Positions 16,417 through 26,084 of a DNA stretch of 40,724 nt are shown in pieces. Below the pieces are notes generated by a model. That model was not told the origin of the DNA. It did not search any database and was given only the letters and a program-made list of their open reading frames with translations. This DNA comes from a virus (lineage: Duplodnaviria > Caudoviricetes): positions 1-40,724 of the IMG/VR virus record IMGVR_UViG_3300049167_000074; one strand, given 5' to 3'. Position numbers and translations under genes: made by a program. Position 1 is the stretch's first letter. Each line of letters starts with the position of its first letter.

Positions 16417-19400
16417 TCAGTTCGCGTTAATGACCTGGATGAGCTGCTGCTGGGAATCGAGAACTTCCGCCCTGGCGATGTTGCGGATCTTCTCTCCGCC
16501 GACGTACACGTTCAGCGACAGGTCGCTCAGATCCGCGCCCCCGCCGCGGGCCAGGTCGTTGAACTGGCGCCCGGTGAGCACCGGCTCGGGCCGGCCAGTG
16601 CCGTTGTAGGCGAGGTTGAAGCCGGGTTGGAGCATGCCGCCGTTGTCGTACTTGCCGGGCTGGAAGCCGTACCAGTCGGTGAACAGGGAGTCCTTGTAGC
16701 CGCGGGCCCGGCTGCCGACGATGACGCCGTCGCCTCCCCTCGACTCCACGTTGGTCTTGCCGAGGGTGCCCGCGGTGTGGCCGACACCGGCGTTGGTGAT
16801 GCCGATGCGGAACGCGGACGCGCCGTTCTTCTCCCAGCCGGGCGGTGCCGTGCGGCCCGAGAACGAGCCGGTCGCCCACCTACGGTGTGGCTTCTGACCT
16901 CGGATGACGGATTCGATCGCCGACACGAAGCCGCTGCAGTCCCATGAGGGGTTGCCGTTGCCGCCCCACTGGTACGCCTTGCCGTTCTGGGTCTTGGCCC
17001 ACTTGAGTGCGGCTTGGATGCGGGGGCCGCCGATGCCGCTACCGCCCTTCTTGTCGGCTTCCTTGGCGTACCCGAACAGCGTGTCGATGATCTTGTCGGG
17101 GATCTTGCGGATCATCTTGCCGAAGCCGGTGTCCATGCCCGGGAAGGACTTCAGCAGCGGGTCGACGACGTTCTTCACGCCCGCACGCGCCGACCGCTCA
17201 AGGGTGTCACCGAGCCACGCCGCGCCCTCCTTGATCTTGTTCCAGGCTGCGGAGCCAACACCGAGCGCGGCCGACGCCTTGTCCTTGATCCAGCCGAAGA
17301 CGCCGCCATCCGCGAACCGCTGCATCGGGAACGTGCCGCCGGACGCGTACTTCAGTGACGTGTCCGTCGACGTCATCGGGTTGCCGCCGAACACCGGCGC
17401 CAGCGCCGCCTTCACGCCGCCAGCACCGCGAGACTTCGCCACCGCGTTCATGGTGTTCACGAATCCTGTGCCGACAGCCCGGGTGAACTCGGGCCGCATG
17501 ATGGCCTCGCCGCCGCTGAGGGCGAGGCCGCCACCGGTCGGACTGTAGAACTCATGCACGTCGCGGCCGGGCGTGTAGCCAGGCATGATGCCGCCGGACG
17601 CGAACTTGAAGTACGGCAGCTTGTCGGCACCGAACGCGCCCGCGATCTTGTTCCAGACGCCTCGGATGCCCGTGTTGTACACGGTGTCCACGACGAACTT
17701 GATCGGCGCCTTCGCGTAACCCTTGACCTTGTCCCAGGCTGTCTTGATGCCGGATGCAGCAGCCTCGAAGGCCTCGACCATCTTGGTCTTAAGCGTCGTC
17801 CCCCAGCCCGGCACGGTCTTCGTGAAGAAATCCCGGACCGGGTAGAGCACCCAGGACTTGATGTTGTTCCAGCCGCCGAGGAGACCGTCCCGGGCTCCGT
17901 TCCACGCCCCGACAAGATCCCCCTGTAGCTCCAGCGCCCAGCCAGGGATCTTCTTGGTGAAGAAGTCCCGGATCGGATAGAGCACCCACGACTTGATGTT
18001 GGACCAGCCGGTCTTGAAGAAGTTCGGGAGCGTCGTCGTCCAGAAACTTGCGAATGGCCCCTTCAGCCAGTCCCACACGGCGAGCGCAGCCGTCTTGATC
18101 GCACCCCAGACGGCATTGACCGCGTCCCGGAACCACTCGCACTTCGTGTACAGCAGCACGATCACTGCAATCACGCCTGCCACCGCGAGCGCAATCCAGC
18201 CCCACGGGCCAGCCATGCTGATCGCGTTGAAGACGGCCATCGCAGCCGATGCCAGGACCATGGCGCCGCGCCACAGCACCATGGCGATCCGCCACGCCGT
18301 GAACGCGGCCGTGATGCCCCAGATCGTCTGCACCAGCCACGGCGCCTTCTCCGCCAACCAGGCGATACCCTCCGCGGTCTTCTCCACAACGCCCAGCACA
18401 AGCCCCTGCACCGGCATCAGCGCCTTCGCGACCGCCAAGGCCGCACCGGCCAGCTCCCGCAGGGCAGCCCCCAGCCGCGGCCCCATGTCTGCGCTGTACT
18501 CCAGGAACCGCTCGAACTCCGGGCTGCCCTTGAGGCCGGTGCCCCAGTTCGCGAAGCGGCCCGTCAAGTCCTGCATCCGTGCCGAGATCGAATCCATGTG
18601 TGGCAGGAAGGCTTGGACGACGCCAGCCATCCCCTTGAAGATCCGACCGAAGCTGATGCCGAGCCCTTCGATCGCGGGACCCACCGAGCTTTCCAGGTCA
18701 GCCTTGAACGACTTCCACCATGGCGACTTGAAGCCGGCCGACGCCCTGTCCTGCAGACGCCCGATGGCGTCCGCCGCCGCCAGCACGAACGGCGTCAGAC
18801 CGGGCAGACTGTTCTTCAGCCCGTTGATCGCCCGCGTGAAGATGGGCATCACGGCCGGCTGCAGCGACTTCGACCAGGCGCCGAACGCGTCCTTCAGTCC
18901 CAGGAACGCGTCATACGTCTCCCGGGCTGCTGGCGTCAGCTTCGCCAGCTCCTGCTGGTACTTCTGCTGCGCCAGGGCAGCCTGATCAACGCCCCCGGCC
19001 GCCGAAAGCGACGCGGAGGCAATCTGACGCTGTGCTGATGCGATCGAATCCGCCGCCGACTGCTGCGCCGACGCCAGCTGCTCCTGGGCGCGCGCCACCG
19101 ACCGGGCGCCGTCTTCCTGGGTGCGTGCCACATTCCGCTGCGCCTCAGCTACACCGTTCTGCGCCTCAGCAATGTCCCGCTGGGACTGCACCTGCTGCCG
19201 GGCCGCATCCTCGCGGGCCTTCCCCAGCGCCTTCTGCTGGTCCGCGACCTGCTTCTCAGCGTCGTGCAGCCGCTCCTGGGCGTCCCGGACCCGCTCCGAC
19301 CCGTCGATCCCGGCTTTGTCCGCGGCCTGCTTCTCCGCGGCCAGATCCTTCGTCTCGGACTGCTGGTCCTTGAGCCGCTGCACCGCCTGGTCGTAGGCGA

Positions 19401-20700
19401 GCTGCGCGCGCTGCCGGTCCAGTTCGGTGGCGTTGGCGCCTGCGGCCTGCACGGCGCGGAGCTTCTGCTCCGCCTCCTGCACAGACAGGGTCGCGTCCCG
19501 CTCGGAAAGCCTCGCGTTCGCCAGCCGCGACTCCAGGTCAGCGAGATCCTGCGCCGCATCCCGGCGGGCCTGGCTCAGATCCTCCTGAGCCCGGACAGCG
19601 TCCCGCTGCGCGTCAGCCAGAGACTCCTCGGCCGTCGCAACCTGCTCGGCGGCCTGCCGCTGCCGGTCCGCGGCCTGCTGCACCGCATCCGCCAGAGACT
19701 GCTTCGCCTGCCGCACCTGGTCGGCAGCCCGCTCATTGGCCTCGGCAGCGTTCCGGACCGCATCCGATACGCCCTGCTCGGCCTGAGCAATCTGCCGGGC
19801 AGCGTTCCGGTGAGCCGTCGCCAACGACTGCTGAGCAGACGCCATTTGCATGGCCTTCTGCGCACCCTGCGCCGACGCCTGCCCGCCCTGCAGCGACGCC
19901 TGCGTGGCCGCGTCCTGGGCGGCCTTCTGCGCCTGCATGACCTTGCCCATCTGCATGAACGCAGGCACAGCCACGAGCGCGATGCTGCCGATCCCGACCG
20001 CGGCGGCCGTCGCCGCAGCCGCAATCGCACCCAGACCAGCCGCCGCCACCGGAAGTACCGGCAGCAGAGCCGGGCCCAGCGTGATCGCAGCACCGACCAG
20101 CAGACTGATGTTCGCCGCTGCTGACCGCGTGTCCACGTCCACGTTCGCGGTCCGGCCATCCAGCCGGTTCACCTGAGCGTTGAACGCGGCCAGCTGAGCC
20201 GATGCCGCCGCCGCATCCACACGGACCTGTACGTCAGCGTCCGACGCCGACAGACGGTCCAGGCGTGCCTGCAGCTGCTCCATCGCAGCCCGGGCCGTCG
20301 CCGCCGAGACGTCGATGCCGATCCGGACATCCGACAACGCCCGCATCCGGGCCTGAATGTCTGCCAGTTCCCGCTGAGCATCCGAACTGTCCGCCCGCAA
20401 CCGGATCTCCGGAAGCGTCGCCAGAGCCGCCTGCAACTGGGCGCGGAACGAGCGGGCAAACGTGCTACCCGTCGACTGGCCCTGGCGGGCAGCCGGAGCC
20501 TGAGCCGTGCGCCCACCAGCAGTGATACCCGACCGCACCGCGTCCGCGATCCCGGACGAGATGTACCGGCCCATCACGCGGCCGACTTCCTCGCCCACCT
20601 CATTCGCGGCAGGCAGAACGGCCCGCTGCATCTGCCGCGTAATGCCAGTCGCGTTGGGCAGAACATCGACTTCGACGGAGCCGACGGAGATAGCAGGCAC
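16417..20700 (-). CDS. tape measure protein with C-terminal NlpC/P60-like peptidoglycan hydrolase domain
   Basis: 1427 aa, Ala/Gln-rich coiled coil, Trp-periodic repeats, YQWGG...WDCSG and GHTAG. Confidence 0.92.
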   Translation of the reverse strand: MPAISVGSVEVDVLPNATGITRQMQRAVLPAANEVGEEVGRVMGRYISSGIADAVRSGITAGGRTAQAPAARQGQSTGSTFARSFRAQLQAALATLPEIRLRADSSDAQRELADIQARMRALSDVRIGIDVSAATARAAMEQLQARLDRLSASDADVQVRVDAAAASAQLAAFNAQVNRLDGRTANVDVDTRSAAANISLLVGAAITLGPALLPVLPVAAAGLGAIAAAATAAAVGIGSIALVAVPAFMQMGKVMQAQKAAQDAATQASLQGGQASAQGAQKAMQMASAQQSLATAHRNAARQIAQAEQGVSDAVRNAAEANERAADQVRQAKQSLADAVQQAADRQRQAAEQVATAEESLADAQRDAVRAQEDLSQARRDAAQDLADLESRLANARLSERDATLSVQEAEQKLRAVQAAGANATELDRQRAQLAYDQAVQRLKDQQSETKDLAAEKQAADKAGIDGSERVRDAQERLHDAEKQVADQQKALGKAREDAARQQVQSQRDIAEAQNGVAEAQRNVARTQEDGARSVARAQEQLASAQQSAADSIASAQRQIASASLSAAGGVDQAALAQQKYQQELAKLTPAARETYDAFLGLKDAFGAWSKSLQPAVMPIFTRAINGLKNSLPGLTPFVLAAADAIGRLQDRASAGFKSPWWKSFKADLESSVGPAIEGLGISFGRIFKGMAGVVQAFLPHMDSISARMQDLTGRFANWGTGLKGSPEFERFLEYSADMGPRLGAALRELAGAALAVAKALMPVQGLVLGVVEKTAEGIAWLAEKAPWLVQTIWGITAAFTAWRIAMVLWRGAMVLASAAMAVFNAISMAGPWGWIALAVAGVIAVIVLLYTKCEWFRDAVNAVWGAIKTAALAVWDWLKGPFASFWTTTLPNFFKTGWSNIKSWVLYPIRDFFTKKIPGWALELQGDLVGAWNGARDGLLGGWNNIKSWVLYPVRDFFTKTVPGWGTTLKTKMVEAFEAAASGIKTAWDKVKGYAKAPIKFVVDTVYNTGIRGVWNKIAGAFGADKLPYFKFASGGIMPGYTPGRDVHEFYSPTGGGLALSGGEAIMRPEFTRAVGTGFVNTMNAVAKSRGAGGVKAALAPVFGGNPMTSTDTSLKYASGGTFPMQRFADGGVFGWIKDKASAALGVGSAAWNKIKEGAAWLGDTLERSARAGVKNVVDPLLKSFPGMDTGFGKMIRKIPDKIIDTLFGYAKEADKKGGSGIGGPRIQAALKWAKTQNGKAYQWGGNGNPSWDCSGFVSAIESVIRGQKPHRRWATGSFSGRTAPPGWEKNGASAFRIGITNAGVGHTAGTLGKTNVESRGGDGVIVGSRARGYKDSLFTDWYGFQPGKYDNGGMLQPGFNLAYNGTGRPEPVLTGRQFNDLARGGGADLSDLSLNVYVGGEKIRNIARAEVLDSQQQLIQVINAN

Positions 20701-20721
20701 CAGGAGCCTCCTCCCAGCGCC

Positions 20722-21557
20722 CTACGCGGCGCCCCCTTGCAGCAGCTTCAGCAGCGTGTCGGCGCTCTTCTCAGTGAGCTGCGCCTTCTTCCGTCGCGGC
20801 CCGGCGCCAGGCCGGCGCATCGGCTCAGGCGCCTCTGGCGTCTTCGCCTTCTTGTCGGTGTTGACGCACTTCAACGTCCACTCCAGATAGCGGACCGCGT
20901 CATACACCGCGGCGAGGATCTGCTCCTGCTGCGACCAGCGGCCCTTCTCCGGCTCCCCCTTGTCCGCCTGTTCTGCCAGCTGCTGCGGTGTGAGCTCGTT
21001 ACGGAGGGCGGTCATGGTGTTGGATTCGGGCGGCAGGTGCTCAATGAACACGCGCAGCCACCGCCACGACCGCCTGCCGGTGAGGACGTCCGCGATGTCG
21101 TAGTGCCGGTCCTGGAGGTCGGCTTCTACCGCCTCCGGGTGGGCCTGCCAGATCGCGACCGTCCCCCGGACTTTCCCATCGGCTCTCCGGACTTGGCGCT
21201 GGCGTCCGCGACGAAGTCGAGCCACTCCTCCAGCATCGGATCGGCCTCGAGGTAGTACTCGTAGTCGTCCGGGTGCAGCACCTTCTCCGCGAACACGTCG
21301 ATCTGCCCGGCATTCAGGGCGCGCTGCCAGGAGGTGCGCCACATCGACGGCGGCACGACCAGAACCTCCTGGCCGCACAGTTCAGCCGTCACGTACCCGT
21401 CGGCTTCGATCTCTTGCGCTTCGGCGGCCGACACCTCGACGTCGTCCGTCTCCGCCTCCACGTCCGGCTCGGCCCGGCGGGTCGCGGGGCGGGATGCGGC
21501 ACGGGCCGCCGTGCGCGGCTTCCTGCTGGTGCCGGTGTTCTTGCTCGTGGTGGCCAC
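20722..21557 (-). CDS. tail assembly chaperone, frameshifted long form (G-T type)
   Basis: A -1 shift at GGGAAAG joins ORF 21126..21557 to the frame of ORF 20722..21378 (GKVRGTVAIWQAHPEAVEADL). Confidence 0.8.
21126..21557 (-). CDS. tail assembly chaperone, short form (G type)
   Basis: Between major tail and tape measure genes; GAGGAG RBS; MGK slippery codons near the end. Confidence 0.85.
   Translation of the reverse strand: MATTSKNTGTSRKPRTAARAASRPATRRAEPDVEAETDDVEVSAAEAQEIEADGYVTAELCGQEVLVVPPSMWRTSWQRALNAGQIDVFAEKVLHPDDYEYYLEADPMLEEWLDFVADASAKSGEPMGKSGGRSRSGRPTRRR
21171..21177 (-). other. programmed -1 ribosomal frameshift site GGGAAAG
   Basis: G GGA AAG in frame, identical to the lambda G-T slippery heptamer. 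Confidence 0.85.
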
Positions 21558-21650
21558 GGCGCGGGCTCCTCATCTCGTAGGGCGCGGGCTGGATGGAATG
21601 AAGGTGGGCGGGCCGGGCCCGCGCCGACGGTGATCGGCCCGCCCACCAGC

Positions 21651-22253
21651 TCAGGACCCGGTGTAGGCCTCGGTCTCAGGCACCCGGTCGAAGTGGTAGA
21701 CCGTGAAGCCGGCGCTGTCCGGGTAGCAGGTGATCGTCCACTCGTAGCCGGCGACCTCGTCCTGCTTGTGCGTGACATCGGACCGCTCGGTGATCTCGGC
21801 CTCGGGACAGTAGAAGCCCCGCTGGAAGTTGTCGCCATCCAGGACGACGAACCAGAACGCCCGCCGGTCCGGCGACGGGGACGCGGTCTCCGCGAACGAG
21901 GTGAGCCCGTCCACCGGGGTGAGGTCTGCGGTGTCCAGCCGGTACTGCAGGGCCTGCACCGTCGTCCGGCCCGTCTCCCACACCGTCAGCCCGAACGTCC
22001 GCAGGCTGGAGGTGATCGACGTGCGGATCGGTGCCGTCAGACCCCACGGAGTGAAGGACTCACTGTCCTCCTCGAAGCCCTGCACCAGGCCGTCGTCGCT
22101 GATCGCGCCCAGCGGCAGCCACGGGGCCAGCGGCTGGATCGCCGGGTCACCCGGCGACGTCGTGCCCAGCGGGGCCGTCCAGCCTGCGCCGTTCGCGCCG
22201 ACCTCCAGGAGATCCGCGGCGCGGGTGATGTTGACCATGATGTCTCCAGACAT
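21651..22253 (-). CDS. major tail tube protein
   Basis: APLGT...LGAISDDG...PWG...YEWTITCYPD; start may instead be ATG 22238. Confidence 0.88.
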   Translation of the reverse strand: MSGDIMVNITRAADLLEVGANGAGWTAPLGTTSPGDPAIQPLAPWLPLGAISDDGLVQGFEEDSESFTPWGLTAPIRTSITSSLRTFGLTVWETGRTTVQALQYRLDTADLTPVDGLTSFAETASPSPDRRAFWFVVLDGDNFQRGFYCPEAEITERSDVTHKQDEVAGYEWTITCYPDSAGFTVYHFDRVPETEAYTGS

Positions 22254-22310
22254 GCGTGAAGCCCGCGCACGGGCGGGAACTGAGGGGCCTGGCGCGGGCC
22301 GAACAACCGG

Positions 22311-22703
22311 TCAGGAGACCGGGTGACAGAAGATTTCGAAGGTCGCTCCGAAGCGTCGGAGGTTGTTGTTCTCGTAGGGCCGCCACGAGGGGGCGCTGAT
22401 AGTGCGAGCGGACGTGAACGTTGCACCGCTTGTCACAACCCCGCGGAGTTGCGTCAGGAGCGCAACGCGGGTACGGGTCATGAGCTGCGATGAGGCGGGG
22501 CGGGTCGCTGCGAAGACATCGACGTCGACGATGGCCCGGTCCAGGCGAATGCCGTCGTCGTCACCACCAACCCGCGCGATCTGGACGACAGGCGCGGCGC
22601 CCTCCAGATTCGCTGGGAGGTCCGTGACGACGCGGACGGCGAGCTGCGCCTTGAGCCAGGCGACGAGTTCTGCCTCAACGTCGACGCTGCCCACCGCAGT
22701 CAT
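22311..22703 (-). CDS. tail terminator protein
   Basis: DVEAELVAWL...VVQIARVGG...VDVDVFAAT; position; ATG at 22703 overlaps the upstream stop. Confidence 0.75.
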   Translation of the reverse strand: MTAVGSVDVEAELVAWLKAQLAVRVVTDLPANLEGAAPVVQIARVGGDDDGIRLDRAIVDVDVFAATRPASSQLMTRTRVALLTQLRGVVTSGATFTSARTISAPSWRPYENNNLRRFGATFEIFCHPVS

Positions 22704-23035
22704 TGGTTCCGGCCGCCGATCTCTGCTGCACGAAGCAGTACGTGCCGGGCGGGGGCGGTGCCCGTGCCGTTGCCGTACTCCACCCATCGGGCGTAGTAGG
22801 CCGTGTTGCGGACATAGCCGACCGCCCGGTCGCGGCGCCGGCCGCCGCGAGGCACGCTGTCCGCCTCCCAGGAATCCCTGTAGTTCCCGGGGTGCGGACC
22901 GCCCTCGTCTACCGGCGACAGGGAGACTGCGATGCCCTTGATGACCTCGGCGCGCCGCAGCATCTCCGCTTGCATGCCAGGCATGCGGAGCATCTGCCCG
23001 ACCCCTTTGCGCTTGATCTTGAACTTGGCGGCCAT
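22700..23035 (-). CDS. HK97 gp10-like tail completion protein
   Basis: SPVD...GNYRDSW, YARWVEYG...ARHVLLRAA. Confidence 0.8.
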   Translation of the reverse strand: MAAKFKIKRKGVGQMLRMPGMQAEMLRRAEVIKGIAVSLSPVDEGGPHPGNYRDSWEADSVPRGGRRRDRAVGYVRNTAYYARWVEYGNGTGTAPARHVLLRAAEIGGRNQ

Positions 23036-23048
23036 GGAGTACCCCCTC

Positions 23049-23402
23049 CTATCCGGTGACGATCTTCAGCGCGGCGACGACGGGCCCCGTCGATCCAGTG
23101 AACGGGGACCGGAATGAACCCGACTGGCCGTCAACGTCGTACAGCTGGCCACCGACGCGCACTTGGTCGGTGGGGCGGATGTCGGTGCCGTAGGGGGCGT
23201 ACAGGGTCAAGCCCGTGATGACGGTGTCCCTGGCGTCTGTGATCTCGTTGGATCCTGATCCGGAACCGTCGCGGGGAGCGATTGCGCAACCGGAAACGGG
23301 GATCTCCGTCGGCGGCCCGGTGACGTCGTTGCCGTAGATGTCCTCGCTGGGAGGTCCGGGTCGGACGATCACCACCGTGTCACCGTGGGGCAGATCGCGC
23401 AC
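23049..23402 (-). CDS. head-to-tail stopper/adaptor
   Basis: DIYGND, GCAIAP, TLYAPYGTDIRPTDQV...YDVDG; GTG start at 23402. Confidence 0.78.
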   Translation of the reverse strand: MRDLPHGDTVVIVRPGPPSEDIYGNDVTGPPTEIPVSGCAIAPRDGSGSGSNEITDARDTVITGLTLYAPYGTDIRPTDQVRVGGQLYDVDGQSGSFRSPFTGSTGPVVAALKIVTG

Positions 23403-24399
23403 CTGCTGCCTCCTCCACCGCGTCACACCACGTCTGCAGGTCGGAGGCTGGATCAAGCTCAGCGCTTCGGGCACGTGCCCGTTTCGCTGCCAGGCGGTAC
23501 TCGGCCGGATCCCCTAGGAGTCGTTCGAGCGTTGACTTCCAGGCGCCGACGTCGGAGCGGTCGACGTAGATCCCCGCGTCACCGAGCGACTCACACAAGC
23601 CTCGCGTCGGATGCGCCAGCACTGGGATCCCTGAGGTCAGGGCCTCCACCGCGGTTCTCCCCCACGATTCGTAGACTGACGGCATCAGCAGAACCCGTGT
23701 GCGCCGGTACACGCGCGCAGCCATCTCCTCACCCGGCACATGTTCGACGATCTCGACGTTGGGCAGGTCGGGCAGGATCTGCTCACCGTAGGCGCCTGTC
23801 ACTGCCAGGAACTGCCGGTCGGGCATCCGTTTGGCCAGTTCCGCAAGGACTCGGCCACCCTTGTCCCCGTTGCAGTTGATCAGTGTGATGGCGGATCCGG
23901 GTTTCGTGGCGTACCGGGCCGCGTCCACAGGCGGACGAACCACGATCTCGTGCCGTGGTCTGACGCTCGACGGGTACTCCGCGAAGAACAGAGCGGCCTC
24001 CGCCTCGACCCACTGCGAGTTGTACACGGCGAGCGTTACGCCACCGGACGCCATATCCCGCAGCGTCGGCCGATGGTCGTTATGGCAGATCACTGCCATG
24101 GGCCGCCCGAAGCCGCGAGCCAGAGCTGCCGTGGTCGGCACGCACTCCAGGTGAGACACGAGGATGTCCGCCCGGCGCGCCACGGTTCCGAAGTCGAGCC
24201 GGGAGCTCTGCGGAACCACCTCGATACCCTCGTAGTCGTAGACTTCGCTGGCCCTGCCCGTCCGCGATAGCCACACTTGGGCTCGGTGGCCCCGCTTGAC
24301 CAGGGCAGCCAGCATGGCAACGAGCATGTGTTCGGCGCCTGCATTGTGCTCGGGAGGCATCGCGTGAACGCGGGCCACGATGTGCAGCGGCTTTGTCAT
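23380..24399 (-). CDS. GT-B fold glycosyltransferase (family 4-like), copy 2
   Basis: HNAGAE, KGG, LLMPSVYESWGRTAVEALTSGIPVLAHPT; ATGA overlap at 24396-24399. Confidence 0.9.
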   Translation of the reverse strand: MTKPLHIVARVHAMPPEHNAGAEHMLVAMLAALVKRGHRAQVWLSRTGRASEVYDYEGIEVVPQSSRLDFGTVARRADILVSHLECVPTTAALARGFGRPMAVICHNDHRPTLRDMASGGVTLAVYNSQWVEAEAALFFAEYPSSVRPRHEIVVRPPVDAARYATKPGSAITLINCNGDKGGRVLAELAKRMPDRQFLAVTGAYGEQILPDLPNVEIVEHVPGEEMAARVYRRTRVLLMPSVYESWGRTAVEALTSGIPVLAHPTRGLCESLGDAGIYVDRSDVGAWKSTLERLLGDPAEYRLAAKRARARSAELDPASDLQTWCDAVEEAAGARSAPR

Positions 24400-25031
24400 T
24401 GCCACCTCACCAACGACATGCCCGACTTGCGGCGGTAGCCAGCCAGTTCCAGCATCTTGCGGTCGTCGTCAGTCATTGCCACGGCGGTACCGACCCCGCT
24501 GCCGTCCGTGCGGTACGTGTAGGGGCCGATCGTCTCGCCAGTGACCCCGCCGGCCATCGTTGGCGAGGTGAGCGTTCGCAGGGTCATGCGCGTGACGACC
24601 GCAACCACGTCCGGGGGTACGGCGTCGACGCCGTGACTGTAGGTGACCCGGTAGGTGCCCGGGTAGGAGTCGTACTCCTCATCGGTCCACAGCTCTGGCA
24701 GGTTGATCGCCGGGCTGTCCGCGGACGTGCGGATGATGTCGATCCCGTCCCATCGCCAACCGATCACGGGCAGGTCGGGGGCGCCGCCGGCGCCGACAGC
24801 TACCACCTGCGTGACGTTGAGGACCGGAGTCTGCGGGAGCCGGATCTCGCCCTGCTGGGCGCGCAGCACCACCGTTTCGTTGTCGGTTCGGCTGAAGTCG
24901 CGACCCGTAAAAGCGCGCACCAGAGCGGACGCGTCCGCGAGCAGGGCCACCGCTCTCGCTTCCTCCGGTGCCGTAAGGGGCCTGCCAAGTCGGTCCTGGA
25001 GGTCGGTGGGGCTAGCGAGTGACTCCACCAC
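24396..25031 (-). CDS. head-to-tail connector/adaptor
   Basis: LASPTDLQDRLGRPL...ALLADASALVR, VTYSHG..VPPDV, ETIGPYTY. Confidence 0.8.
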   Translation of the reverse strand: MVESLASPTDLQDRLGRPLTAPEEARAVALLADASALVRAFTGRDFSRTDNETVVLRAQQGEIRLPQTPVLNVTQVVAVGAGGAPDLPVIGWRWDGIDIIRTSADSPAINLPELWTDEEYDSYPGTYRVTYSHGVDAVPPDVVAVVTRMTLRTLTSPTMAGGVTGETIGPYTYRTDGSGVGTAVAMTDDDRKMLELAGYRRKSGMSLVRWQ

Positions 25032-26028
25032 GTCTGGCCACCTCCTCCATAGCCTGGGCCCAACGGTCCAGTTCATCGGCGGGGTCGAGGGCAGCAGCGC
25101 GTGCCGATGCGGCCCTGGATGCGGCCGGGTAGACCTTGGGTGAGAACAGGCGCCTGACGGCGGCCTCCCAGGCGTCGGCATCGTCACGGTCGGCGAAGGT
25201 GCCCGCCTCCCCCAATGACTCCGTCAAGCCGGGCGTTGGGTGCGCTACCACGGGAATCCCCGAGCACATGGCTTCGACAGCGACCCGCCCATAGGACTCG
25301 TACACGGACGGTACGAGGAGCACCTTGGTGCGGGCGTACACATCCTTGGCCATGCCGTCGCCGGGCGTGTGCGGAACGATCTCCACGTTGGGAAGGTCGT
25401 CCCGCACAATTTGCTGCCCGTACCCGCCGATCACCCCGAGGAACTTTCGACGCGGCATCCGTTCCGCCAGGGCGTAGAAGAGTTCGGCGCCCTTCTCTGC
25501 CGTGAGGTTGATCAACGTGATGTGGTCGCCAGGCGTGGCCCGGTAGTCCTCCACAGCGACCGGCGGATGCACAGTGATTCCCTGCGGCATCGGCCGATCC
25601 CCGCGCTGTAGGCGCCACCACGCCTCGGCGTCCGCCTTCATCCACGCCGTGTTGTAGACGGCCAGCGACGGACGCCCTTTGACCAGCCACGACTTGGACT
25701 TCTCGTAGGTGTTGTGGAGTAGGTGCACCACCGGAATGTGATGGAGGTCCCCCAGGATGGAGGCGCGAGCCGTGTTCTCCAGGTGCGTGACCAGCACATC
25801 GGCTCGCCCGTCGCCACGTATCCACCGGGAAGGATCAGCCTTGCCCTGGTATGGGTGCACGCAGACGTCGTCGATCTTGTATGCCTCGTCCGCTGCGGCG
25901 GGCTGAGACAACAGCACATCTACGACGTGGCCGCGGCCCGCCAAATCTCGCAGGAGACTGTGAGCCGCCCACTCTGCGCCCGCGTTGTGGGCGGGGGGAT
26001 AGGCGTGCAGCATCGCCAGAACCCGCAC
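25012..26028 (-). CDS. GT-B fold glycosyltransferase (family 4-like), copy 1
   Basis: HAYPPAHNAGAE, EKG, LLVPSVYESYGRVAVEAMCSGIPVVAHPT; GTG start at 26028. Confidence 0.9.
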   Translation of the reverse strand: MRVLAMLHAYPPAHNAGAEWAAHSLLRDLAGRGHVVDVLLSQPAAADEAYKIDDVCVHPYQGKADPSRWIRGDGRADVLVTHLENTARASILGDLHHIPVVHLLHNTYEKSKSWLVKGRPSLAVYNTAWMKADAEAWWRLQRGDRPMPQGITVHPPVAVEDYRATPGDHITLINLTAEKGAELFYALAERMPRRKFLGVIGGYGQQIVRDDLPNVEIVPHTPGDGMAKDVYARTKVLLVPSVYESYGRVAVEAMCSGIPVVAHPTPGLTESLGEAGTFADRDDADAWEAAVRRLFSPKVYPAASRAASARAAALDPADELDRWAQAMEEVARRGGVTR

Positions 26029-26084
26029 TAGGACTCCGATCTTCCGGTGGCCGGCACCCCAGGCGGAGTGCCGGCCGCGGTCGG

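Noticed and set aside
17800-18015. Near-duplicate segments in the tape measure gene (GW.NIKSWVLYP.RDFFTK..PGW)
   Set aside because: Ordinary tape measure periodicity; no reverse transcriptase or adenine-specific variation to suggest a diversity-generating retroelement
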